Below, one piece after another: positions 1-8,117 of a DNA stretch of 64,000 nt; positions within the stretch are counted from its first letter, which is position 1, and each line of letters opens with the position of its first letter. The stretch comes from an uncultured delta proteobacterium (lineage in GTDB: Bacteria; Desulfobacterota; Desulfomonilia; Desulfomonilales; Desulfomonilaceae): assembly GCA_963789265.1 (NCBI GenBank), contig CAWBKB010000005.1, positions 448,001-512,000 of the forward strand. The letters run 5' to 3'. A program made the position numbers and the translations under genes. A model generated the notes under the pieces. That model did no database searches, was not told the DNA's origin, and saw only the letters and a list, made by a program, of their open reading frames with translations.

Positions 1-1
1 G

Positions 2-349
2 CTGGTCCTGTTTGTTGTTCTCTCAACCTTCGTGATTCCGCTAGGTTGCGGTTGCGAAGGGTCTCATGACCAGAATTGCTCTTCAGACACAAATTCTCAT
101 GCGTCGTGCGGTTACATTCTTCAAATGGCACCCCATCAGTGTGGCTTGTGTCCTCAGCAGGTGATTTCACTCAATAACTCCAACGCCAAACAGGGCTTGC
201 CCCACAAAACGTTTACTCGGGTTTCGGCTTTGCTGGTGGTGGGATCTTCGTTTAAGATTTCTTCAAGCTTGCCCATTGGGGCCTCTCATCCGGTTCTGAA
301 ATTCGACCCCACTATTGATTCTCTCCGCACAATCGTGCTCCTGATCTGA
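2..349 (+). CDS. Partial (5' truncated) Cys/His-rich small membrane-anchored hypothetical protein
   Basis: Open frame from the window edge: hydrophobic LVLFVVLSTFVIPLG, then CGC, HxxC and HxCxxC motifs, ending LRTIVLLI*. Confidence 0.55.
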   Translation: MVLFVVLSTFVIPLGCGCEGSHDQNCSSDTNSHASCGYILQMAPHQCGLCPQQVISLNNSNAKQGLPHKTFTRVSALLVVGSSFKISSSLPIGASHPVLKFDPTIDSLRTIVLLI

Positions 350-512
350 AAACCATCTTTATCCTGCGCCCATTTTGCGGTTTTCACACAGTCTCTCGAA
401 TGCGTGATTTGACGTGATGAGATCCGCTGATTCCTCTCGAGGAATTTGGCATGGGGCCTTGATCCGCATGTCGAGGAAGCGACAATAATTCCCAAAAGAG
501 AGGAGGGGGACG

Positions 513-746
513 ATGAAAAGGATTATCGCTCTATGCGCCGCATTCGCCTTGTTGGCACCTGCTTATGCGTTCGCCAGAGGCGGCTACACCATGGGACAGT
601 TGCAACGGCAGTGGGAGATTGAGGAAGCTCAGGAAAAGCAAGAGCTGCCCCACATCAGAGCCCTCGAAGCTGAGGGAGCGAAAGCAATAAAAGACTTTGG
701 GGGCAAGCACCATGCAGCACCACGCAAACCAATCTATTCGAAGTGA
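513..746 (+). CDS. Small secreted hypothetical protein (paralog 1)
   Basis: Strong SD GAGGAGG; signal peptide MKRIIALCAAFALLAPAYAFA; similar to 848-1090. Confidence 0.8.
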   Translation: MKRIIALCAAFALLAPAYAFARGGYTMGQLQRQWEIEEAQEKQELPHIRALEAEGAKAIKDFGGKHHAAPRKPIYSK

Positions 747-847
747 TCCGGGACAAATCCAGAGCAGTGGCCTCGGCCTGCAAGGGCCGGCCATTGTTCA
801 ACATAGAGGAGAAGCGACAATGGTTCCGGAAAGAGCGGAGGAAGAAG

Positions 848-1090
848 ATGAAAAGGATTGTGCTCCTGTGCGCCGTTTCGGCTCTGCTGACACTTTCTTG
901 CGTCCCCACCTACGCTTGGGGCAGCAGATACGACTTGCAGCGGAAGGCGTGGACGACACAACAAGCTCAAGACATGAGAGCCCTCGAAGCTCAGGCAGCC
1001 AAGGCATTTCAGAGCAAGCACTACGACGCGAGCAAACACAAACTAATCTATTCACCATTTTCGCCCGCCGGAGATCGGCAGATGGGGTGA
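848..1090 (+). CDS. Small secreted hypothetical protein (paralog 2)
   Basis: SD GGAGG before ATG 848; signal peptide MKRIVLLCAVSALL...TYA; shares LQR, RALEA, AKA, KH and IYS motifs with 513-746. Confidence 0.8.
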   Translation: MKRIVLLCAVSALLTLSCVPTYAWGSRYDLQRKAWTTQQAQDMRALEAQAAKAFQSKHYDASKHKLIYSPFSPAGDRQMG

Positions 1091-1219
1091 ATTTATAGTC
1101 TGGATGAGACGGGTTCTAATTTGAGAATACTGAATCTCGACCCCCTTGCCCTGCTCGCAACAATGACTAAGTAGGGTTAGGAGAGTGTGGCGACCTTGTT
1201 AAGAAGGAGAATTTTGAAA

Positions 1220-1546
1220 ATGAAAAAACTAATCATCGCAGTCGCGGCCGCAACTGTTACACTGCAGGTGGTCCTCCCAATGATGGCGTATGCGGGTGAA
1301 TTCTATGTCATTCGAGATGAATACGGTAACATGGCAGTGACAAACGGTCTCCCTGTATACGAGTGGTCAATCCAATCGGGGCCGTACTCTAGCATTGATG
1401 CAGCGCAACGAGCCACTGGGACGGGAAAGGGTTTTCCTTGGATTGGGCCCGAAAGTCGCGTCGCACCGGATTTCGCGAATTCCCAGTTCCCTCAGGTAGT
1501 GCCACGAAGGCCAGGGCAGTCTGCTATAGTGGATCTTACACCTTGA
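1220..1546 (+). CDS. Secreted hypothetical protein
   Basis: SD AAGGAG; signal peptide MKKLIIAVAAA...AYA. Confidence 0.75.
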   Translation: MKKLIIAVAAATVTLQVVLPMMAYAGEFYVIRDEYGNMAVTNGLPVYEWSIQSGPYSSIDAAQRATGTGKGFPWIGPESRVAPDFANSQFPQVVPRRPGQSAIVDLTP

Positions 1547-1580
1547 CCTTCGGATATATTTCCCTGTTCCCAAAAACGTT

Positions 1581-2924
1581 TCAAGGTGAGAAGCTAACGT
1601 ATTCTCTTATTCGCTTGCGGGTTGCTTGAAGGAAATGCGAGTCGACTCCCGGCTCGGCTGCGGACAAAAGTGAGCAGTTCTGGAATAGCGGCTCTTTATC
1701 TATTGGGTAACGGCTGGACTTCAGCGCCTCACTCCATATTCCGGTCCAGGGTAGAGGAGAGTATTCAGCGAGCTTAGGGAGGGCCCCGGCACGCAGAACC
1801 CTTTCCACGTCTTCTTCGATCATAGCCCTTGATTGACCCGGGAGGCCCACGAGAAGGTACACGCCAATCTGGTGTCTGGAGAACCCTACTTCTTTGAGAT
1901 TCGCGACAGCCCTCAGGAAGCCCCGCATGTTTGTCTTGCCTCCCGTGCGGGCATGAAACCCGTCAGATGAACTCTCCAAACCCAATCGGATCGTTTCGAA
2001 GCCTGCTCGTTTCATAGCTGATGCGACGCGGCCGTCGATGGCGGAGGCATGCAACCCGTTTGGGGTGTGCCATCGCATGCCGGGGAGTCTTGACGCGGCA
2101 TCCTCCAGGATCGGCAGTGCATGCTCGGCTGCATGCACAAGGAAAGCATCATCGTACAGCACGATGTCCCGGACACCGTACCGCATCGAGGCAATTTCCA
2201 TCTCACGAATAACGCATTCAGGATTTTGTCTCACGAATGGCGGGCTCGTTTTCTTTGAAGCGCAATATACACAGTTGAACGGGCAACCTCTGGATGTGAG
2301 CAGCGGCAGGAATCTTACGCGACGGATCAGATCCAGACATGGACTGAATTCAAGCTTTGGCTGACCCGACTCAGGATTCCCGGCTACCCCTGTATGCCTG
2401 AAAAGTATCTGCCTCAGAGCCCCCTCGCCCGGACCCACCACTATCTCATCAGCGCCACAGTGCTCACCGGCATGCTCCGGCATAAGAGAAGCATATATTC
2501 CCCCCAACAGAATGGGCGTCTCGGGAAACACGGACCGGAGCAGTTGAATGGTCTCCTGTACTCCAGGATACCAGTACGTCATGAGGCTGGTCACAAGAAT
2601 CGCCCGCGGCTCCGGTATGCTTTCCAGATCATTCCGGATCAATTCAGGATGTACCCCGTATCGGGAATATGTTCTAGGAATGCCCGCCAAAGGCTGAGGT
2701 TTGGAAATAGGGGTCCTGTGAAAACGGCCGTGCGACAGGGGTCTGACTTTTACCGGCGGCATTTCCGGATGATCCGGGTCGAGGCAGTCCACGAGCCGTG
2801 GATCCCATCCCTGTCGCCTCAAGCTTGACGCCAGGACCAAAAGTCCCAGCGGTCGTGCCCAGAGATCATAGGCGGCAAAGTCATGGATCCAGGGATTGAC
2901 CAGAAGTATCACCGGTCTTTTCAT
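1581..2924 (-). CDS. B12-binding-domain radical SAM protein
   Basis: N-terminal LVNPW...PLGL cobalamin-binding-like domain; SRGCPFNCVYC (CxxxCxxC) motif. Confidence 0.9.
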   Translation of the reverse strand: MKRPVILLVNPWIHDFAAYDLWARPLGLLVLASSLRRQGWDPRLVDCLDPDHPEMPPVKVRPLSHGRFHRTPISKPQPLAGIPRTYSRYGVHPELIRNDLESIPEPRAILVTSLMTYWYPGVQETIQLLRSVFPETPILLGGIYASLMPEHAGEHCGADEIVVGPGEGALRQILFRHTGVAGNPESGQPKLEFSPCLDLIRRVRFLPLLTSRGCPFNCVYCASKKTSPPFVRQNPECVIREMEIASMRYGVRDIVLYDDAFLVHAAEHALPILEDAASRLPGMRWHTPNGLHASAIDGRVASAMKRAGFETIRLGLESSSDGFHARTGGKTNMRGFLRAVANLKEVGFSRHQIGVYLLVGLPGQSRAMIEEDVERVLRAGALPKLAEYSPLPWTGIWSEALKSSRYPIDKEPLFQNCSLLSAAEPGVDSHFLQATRKRIREYVSFSP

Positions 2925-3056
2925 CGTTTGTTTGCCTCGGGGCATTTCTTTTGATAGTCTTTAGCTCAAAGCCGCGGGCCTTGCGGCAATCTACACGATA
3001 TGGCACACAGGCGAAATCCCATATACCTGTACCCGATTCCAGGGAGGTAATATCTA

Positions 3057-3368
3057 GTGTTTGGTATTAAAGATCTGTTGCAGCAGGCGCAAGGATTGCA
3101 AGCCAAGATTACTGCATTGCAAGAAGAATTGGCAGAGAAGACTGTCACAGGAAGTGCAGGAGGGGACATGGTGCAGGTCACGGCAAGCGGGGCTCAGGAG
3201 ATTGTATCCATAAAGATCGAAAAAGAGCTTCTTTCGCCTGATGACCCGGAATTCCTTGAAGACCTTATCGTCGCCGCGGTCAATGACGCGCTGAAAAAAT
3301 CCAAGGAAATGATGTCCCAGGAGATGTCAAAACTCACCGGAGGCCTTCGTATCCCGGGTTTGACGTGA
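3057..3368 (+). CDS. ybaB: YbaB/EbfC family nucleoid-associated protein
   Basis: GSAGGDMVQVT and LEDLIVAAVNDA motifs; SD GGAGG; upstream of recR. Confidence 0.95.
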   Translation: MFGIKDLLQQAQGLQAKITALQEELAEKTVTGSAGGDMVQVTASGAQEIVSIKIEKELLSPDDPEFLEDLIVAAVNDALKKSKEMMSQEMSKLTGGLRIPGLT

Positions 3369-3442
3369 CGGATAATTTAATGTCTTGTAGGAATTCGCTT
3401 TCAAACAAGTGACACCGTGTTTATAGCAGGACAGGCATCTAT

Positions 3443-3501
3443 CGTCATGCCCGCGTACGCGGGCATCCAGACTGGACCCCGGATCGGAGTCCGGGGTGAC
3501 G
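3443..3501. repeat. CGTC-type REP doublet
   Basis: CGTCATGCCCGCGTACGCGGGCATCCAG...CTGGACCCCGGATCGGAGTCCGGGGTGACG; same family at 17831-17902 and 31078-31161. Confidence 0.85.
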
Positions 3502-3589
3502 AATGGCGGGGGAAATGCCCGTCGGCACTAATTCGTTTTCTTTTTCAGCCCTTGCTTTTGAGAATCGGCATAGAACGGGATCCCCCTCA

Positions 3590-4180
3590 GTGATTGGTCC
3601 GCTGGAAGCCCTTGTCAAAGCCCTGAAACGGCTCCCCGGAGTCGGGGAAAAGACTGCCACTCGGTACGCCTTTTATATACTCAATGCTAAAAAGGAAGAA
3701 ATTCGCGAGCTAATCAAGACTATCAGCGATGTGAAAGGGAAGCTGCGTCTCTGTTCACGGTGTTTTCATTTGACGGATATAGACCCGTGCCCGATTTGCT
3801 CTGACATGAGAAGAGATGTCAGCCGACTCTGTGTGGTCGAAACTTCTGTTGACCTCATGGCAATCGAAAAAGCAGGCCATTTCAGAGGGGTCTATCACGT
3901 GTTACACGGACTGCTCTCGCCGTTAGATGCGATCGGCCCTGATGACATACGTCTTTCCGAGCTTATAGAGCGGGTCCAAGAAGAAAAGGTTACGGAAGTA
4001 ATTCTTGCGCTCAATCCCACTGTTGAAGGAGAATCCACTACCTCGTACATCCGCGACCGACTGAAAGAATCGGGAGCGATTGTCTCTCGCATTGCGTACG
4101 GCATACCTGTCGGCGGTTCCCTGGAATATGCAGATCCTCTTACCCTCTCCCGTGCCCTTGATAATCGAAAGGAACTCTGA
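3590..4180 (+). CDS. recR: Recombination mediator RecR (start uncertain)
   Basis: LPGVGEKTA HhH, C4 zinc finger CSRC...CPIC, TOPRIM CVVE, YHVLHG, NPTVEGEST. Confidence 0.95.
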   Translation: MIGPLEALVKALKRLPGVGEKTATRYAFYILNAKKEEIRELIKTISDVKGKLRLCSRCFHLTDIDPCPICSDMRRDVSRLCVVETSVDLMAIEKAGHFRGVYHVLHGLLSPLDAIGPDDIRLSELIERVQEEKVTEVILALNPTVEGESTTSYIRDRLKESGAIVSRIAYGIPVGGSLEYADPLTLSRALDNRKEL

Positions 4181-4307
4181 TCGACCATGAGTCTGACATT
4201 TCGGTGTCCGAGGCACGTGCTATTAGATTCTTGTTCGAAGGACTGGTACGTAACACTGTCTGCAAAATACTGCTAAGGCAACACTGGGACTGCGTGGAAG
4301 CCTTTAT

Positions 4308-4430
4308 CTACTTGGACTCTTTGTCCTCGGACTTTGCGGTTTTGGGTCCTTTCTCAGTTGAGAACTGACAACCACACCCGCATTGCTCCTGCTCTTTTTC
4401 CTGCTTTCGGTCTTGCTCTTTCTCGCTCAT
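4308..4430 (-). CDS. 40-aa charged microprotein with CGCGC motif (not in ORF track)
   Basis: SD AAGGAGG upstream of ATG 4430; MSEKEQDRKQEKEQEQCGCGCQFSTEKGPKTAKSEDKESK*; directly downstream of 4462-4656. Confidence 0.7.
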   Translation of the reverse strand: MSEKEQDRKQEKEQEQCGCGCQFSTEKGPKTAKSEDKESK

Positions 4431-4461
4431 CTTTATCACTTCCTCCTTCTCCGGATCGTTT

Positions 4462-4656
4462 TCACTTTTCTTTACGTTCTTTCAGCCGCTCTTCCACTGC
4501 GGCCAGTTCCTTTTTTAATTGGTCACGGTAATTTTCCAGCCACTCTTCTTCCTCTTTTGCAGTGTAGAAATGCCGGAACGAATGACCGCCGCCACCACAG
4601 CCACACGTGCATCCTCCCATCCCTGCAAATCTATGATGTGATCCTGGATGACACAT
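4462..4656 (-). CDS. Small Cys/His-rich protein with C-terminal coiled coil (DUF5320-like)
   Basis: SD GAGGTG; CTCGCGG motif; FxRxFYTxxEExExLExYxxxLxxELxxVEERL tail. Confidence 0.8.
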   Translation of the reverse strand: MCHPGSHHRFAGMGGCTCGCGGGGHSFRHFYTAKEEEEWLENYRDQLKKELAAVEERLKERKEK

Positions 4657-4680
4657 TCTTAATCACCTCTCTTCCGATTT

Positions 4681-4730
4681 GGGCTAGCCGAAGGTAGCCC
4701 TTGCGCGGTCGTAGTGACTGCGACTACGCA
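4681..4730 (-). other. Two RNA hairpins in the leader of the 4462-4656 gene
   Basis: Minus strand CGTAGT-CGCAGTC-ACTACG and GGGCTA-C-CTTCGG-C-TAGCCC (cUUCGg tetraloop). Confidence 0.55.
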
Positions 4731-4865
4731 GTTGAATGGTTGCATCACAATCCCAATGCTGCCTTAGCAATATCTTGTATAAGTAACTGATGCCCTCAAG
4801 CTTCCATCGCAACCTCCATAAGCTGTATTAGTAAATGCGCATATACTGAAATACAGGTGAAAAAA

Positions 4866-5294
4866 TTATTTCTCTTTCCCCACCTTTTCCATTTGGGTCC
4901 GCACCTTTTTCAACTCGTCCTCAAGTTCCTGCTCCAACCGCCGCAGGTACGCCAGTTCTTCTTCCCTTGATTTAACTTCCTCGCCCATAGTCCGGTCCGG
5001 CATCCGACAACTCCCCTCACAACCGCAACGGCAAACGTTAGAGATAACTTCGCCGCATTGATCAAGCGCGGCCTGGTCCACCTCGTAGGGTATCCAGAAG
5101 CCTTTGCGCTGATTCCGAACAAGTCCGGCGTGTCTGAGGATCTTGAGATGCTGGGATACCGCAGACGGGGTTATGCCAAGCGTTTGTGCTATTTCATTCA
5201 CGTACAGGGGTCCCCTTTGCTTCAGGAGATCAATGATCCTGATCCGAGATTCAACACCAAGGACTTTGAACAGTTCCGCTTCCTTGCGACACAT
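4866..5294 (-). CDS. ArsR/SmtB family regulator with C-terminal CRCGC...C and coiled-coil extension
   Basis: LFKVLGVESRIRII, SAVSQHLKILRHAGLV HTH; tail resembles the 4462-4656 protein. Confidence 0.9.
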   Translation of the reverse strand: MCRKEAELFKVLGVESRIRIIDLLKQRGPLYVNEIAQTLGITPSAVSQHLKILRHAGLVRNQRKGFWIPYEVDQAALDQCGEVISNVCRCGCEGSCRMPDRTMGEEVKSREEELAYLRRLEQELEDELKKVRTQMEKVGKEK

Positions 5295-5309
5295 GGAGTG
5301 TTTTTCCTT

Positions 5310-5357
5310 ATTTTAGTATCCGCTTAAATGCTACAATGACCTCCTGCTCCATGTCAA
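5310..5357 (-). promoter_or_regulatory. Putative sigma70 promoter and operator of the leftward arsR operon
   Basis: TTGACA (5357-5352), 18 nt, TAGCAT (5333-5328), overlapping the imperfect inverted repeat ATTTAAG-N6-CTAAAAT. Confidence 0.5.
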
Positions 5358-5388
5358 GATAATTTTCGGAAAGCCTGAAAAAAGTTTC

Positions 5389-5440
5389 TTGACACGCAAC
5401 CTAAGAATTGCAATAAATATATCAATGGCCATTAATGTAT
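5389..5440 (+). promoter_or_regulatory. Promoter region and ArsR-type operator of the selenoprotein operon
   Basis: TTGACA at 5389; inverted repeat ATATATCAATGG/CCATTAATGTAT (5417-5440, 10/12 match). Confidence 0.6.
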
Positions 5441-5480
5441 TGATTGCTAAATAGCAAAAAGAAGTCCTAAAGGAGAAACG

Positions 5481-5816
5481 TTGCCCGTCAAAGAACAAGA
5501 CAAACCTCTCGATCTCGAACAAAACCTGGGCATCGCAGCCTTTGTGAGCAAGAGCCTTTCGGATGAGAACCGCCTCCGAATCCTTTTGTCGTTGCGCAAC
5601 GGCAGGAAGACCGTCTCTACCATAGTGGAGGAGATGAATCTTTCTCAACCCCTGGTTTCCCATCATCTGAAGGAGCTGAGACGGTGCCTCCTGGTGAACG
5701 TGGAGCGCAAGGGCTTGTTCGTGTACTACGAGATCGCGGACGAGAGAATCATCGAAATAGTTTGGCAACTGGCGTATCTGGCAGCGGATCTGCTCTCGCA
5801 GAGAGATACCTTCTAG
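5481..5816 (+). CDS. ArsR/SmtB family regulator heading the selenoprotein operon (TsoR-like)
   Basis: SD AAGGAG with TTG start; KSLSDENRLRIL, LSQPLVSHHLKELR, VERKGLFVYY. Confidence 0.9.
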   Translation: MPVKEQDKPLDLEQNLGIAAFVSKSLSDENRLRILLSLRNGRKTVSTIVEEMNLSQPLVSHHLKELRRCLLVNVERKGLFVYYEIADERIIEIVWQLAYLAADLLSQRDTF

Positions 5817-5834
5817 CTTTTGGAGTGGAATCAC

Positions 5835-6290
5835 ATGAATAAGGGAAGAATTCAGGACCTTGTCGAGTCAATGGATCCAATTGACGCAGCCAAGGAGATG
5901 GCTGACGCAGCGAAGAAACTCTTCTCTCTTTTAGGAGAAGAAGCACTTCGCGATTTTCTCATCAATCTGATCGGAAACGGGGGCCAGGACAAGATTACCG
6001 GCCTGGTCCACTTATGACTGGCTACATGCATGGACGAAGGTGTCGATCCAAAAGCAATGTGCCAGAGTTTAGTGGAAAAAATAAGTCAATCCGAGCAACT
6101 GCGTTCGGTGACGGACCCGCAGATTCTTATTCTGTTTGAGGACTGGCTGGAAGAACTGGAAAAGGAGGCAGTGAGTGTGATTGAGCGTGGAGGCCCCACT
6201 GCCCCCGAAGACCTGTCCAGAGAGTTGGGTTTATCACAATCCGGCTCGATGTTCCTCATTACGAAGCTCAAAAGAGACGGCAAGATATAG
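5835..6290 (+). CDS. tsoA: Selenoprotein with LULATC motif and C-terminal wHTH-like region (151 aa; UGA=Sec at 6015-6017)
   Basis: ORFs 5820-6017 and 6030-6290 are in frame (TTA TGA CTG GCT ACA TGC ATG); long SECIS-like hairpin follows; the name is recalled from the NCBI LULAXC family. Confidence 0.85.
6018..6065 (+). promoter_or_regulatory. Bacterial SECIS-like hairpin for UGA 6015
   Basis: CTGGC/GCCAG, ACAT/ATGT, GC/GC, TGGA/TCCA, CGA/TCG stems; apical loop AGGTG 20 nt after the UGA. Confidence 0.8.
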
Positions 6291-6328
6291 GTTTTCATCG
6301 TACCCAGAGTTCCGGACTGGAGGCTGAC

Positions 6329-8089
6329 ATGGCAATCGAGGTGAACTGGAAAAGACTTTGGCTCCCGCTCTTGGCGATCACGGTAACGGTGGGAGTTCTC
6401 TGGTTCACAAACAGAGAGGTGACCCCAAGGGAACCAAAGTGGAACGACGTGGTAGTTGAAGCCAGGGAAGGCGGCTACCGGCTCATAAATACCGATGGAC
6501 TCAGGCAGCGGTACGAAGCAGATCCCCGGAGCATTTTGTTGGTGGATGCCCGTCAGGACTGGGAATTTGCAATGGGCCACATAAAAGGCGCGGTCAATTT
6601 CCCAATGGAACCTACTGCGTGGTCGAGATGGCGGAAAAGGGGCAAACTCGCGCAGGCGCTTGGTCCCGACAAGAATCGCTTCATCGTATTTTACTGAGCA
6701 GGACTTACCTGAGTCCGTAGCGACTCTGCCGCTCGTGTAGCGGTGCAACTAGGTTACAAGAATGTATATCGTGACGCAAAGGGGTTTCCAGAATGGAAGG
6801 CTGCCGGTCTTCCCATTGAAAGCATTCCTGCGGATCGGACAAGATCCGCATCTGTACCTGAAAACGCCGGGCCACTATACGGCTGGGCAATGCTCTGGAC
6901 CTTATTGGGTGTCTTCGGAGGCGGACTGGCACTCAACCTTACGCCGTGCGTTTATCCCTTAATTCCTATAACCGTCTCCTACTTTGGGGGCAGGAGCGGT
7001 CAGAGACGCGGAAAATTGGCAGTTCACGGTTTGCTGTATCTGGGTGGTCTGTCCGTGACCAACTCAGTGTTAGGGGTAGCGGCGGCTCTCACGGGAAGCC
7101 TGATGGGAGCGGCGCTTCAGAACCCCGTAGTGTTGGTGGTTGTCGCCGGTGTTCTGGTTTTCTTTGCCACAAGCCTCTTCGGATTCTGGGAGCTGCAACT
7201 TCCCCAGAATCTTGCAAGGGCAGCATCCAAGTCGTACGCAGGATACTTTGGTACGCTGTTCATGGGCCTGACTCTCGGTGTAGTTGCAGCTCCGTGTCTG
7301 GGACCTTTCGTCCTGGGGTTGCTTACTTGGGTGGCGAGTATGGGCAGCCCTTGGTTGGGTTTTCTCATCTTCTTCACGCTCAGCCTTGGGTTGGGAGTGC
7401 CGCTCTTTATCCTGGCGATGTTCTCAGGCAGCCTGGAAAAGCTCCCCGGTTCGGGTGAGTGGATGCTGTGGGTGAGAAAACTGATGGGCTGGGTGTTGAT
7501 CGGAATGGCTGCGTATTTTGTCAAACCTCTGTTACCGTCCTCGGCAGGTGTGTTTGTATTGGCGGCAGTAGCCCTAGCAGCAGGGTTGCACCTGGGGTGG
7601 ATCGACGGTACTCAAGCCGGTTTCAAAGCATTCGGCGTGCTGAGAAACGTGGTCGGTATAGCCAGTGTAGTCTTGGGGGCTTTTCTGCTCGGTTCCTGGC
7701 TAATGGTAGGACCTGGAGTCTCATGGCGACCGTATTCCGATGAAGCACTCGAGCAGGCCCTAAAGTCTAACAAGCCGGTAATCGTAGATTTTTCCGCAAC
7801 GTGGTGTACGCCATGCCGTGAACTCGAAGATATTACGTTTCGTGATCCGCAAGTGGTGAAACAGGCTAAAGACGGCTTCGTCATGGTCAAGGTTGACCTG
7901 ACCAAAAAGGGGAACCCGCTCTACGAAAAACTGGTCGCGCTATATGCGATCAAAGGGGTCCCGACGGTGGTTTTCTTCGACGGTCATGGCAGAGAACGTG
8001 CCGATCTGCGCCTGGTTGATTTCATCCCCGCTGATCAATTCTTGAGCAGAATGACTCAGGCAATGCAATCATGGAACTCGGGTTCATGA
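6329..8089 (+). CDS. tsoB: Rhodanese-DsbD(beta)-thioredoxin fusion selenoprotein (586 aa; UGA=Sec at 6695 and 6710)
   Basis: ORFs 6329-6697 and 6743-8089 are in frame: IVFY-U-AGLT-U-VRSDSAARVAVQLGYKNVY...GFPEW completes the rhodanese fold; then LTPCVYP, AAPCLGP and WCTPC. Confidence 0.9.
6727..6747 (+). promoter_or_regulatory. SECIS-like hairpin downstream of the tandem UGA codons
   Basis: GCCGCT-CGTGT-AGCGGT stem-loop; loop 21 nt after UGA 6710 and 36 nt after UGA 6695. Confidence 0.65.
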
Positions 8090-8117
8090 GAACCCGTAAA
8101 ACAAGGAGGGAGGAATC

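Noticed and set aside
1581..2924. Radical SAM as RiPP maturase for the neighbouring small peptides
   Set aside because: Convergent orientation, Sec-pathway signal peptides on the neighbours, and no SPASM/RRE domain or transporter
3503..3589. Long RecR N-terminus
   Set aside because: Runs through repeat-associated intergenic DNA with no RecR similarity
4140..4310. TAG readthrough (pyrrolysine) of the CGCGC microprotein into ...QSQCCLSSIL...
   Set aside because: No pyl evidence; the extension would run antisense into recR
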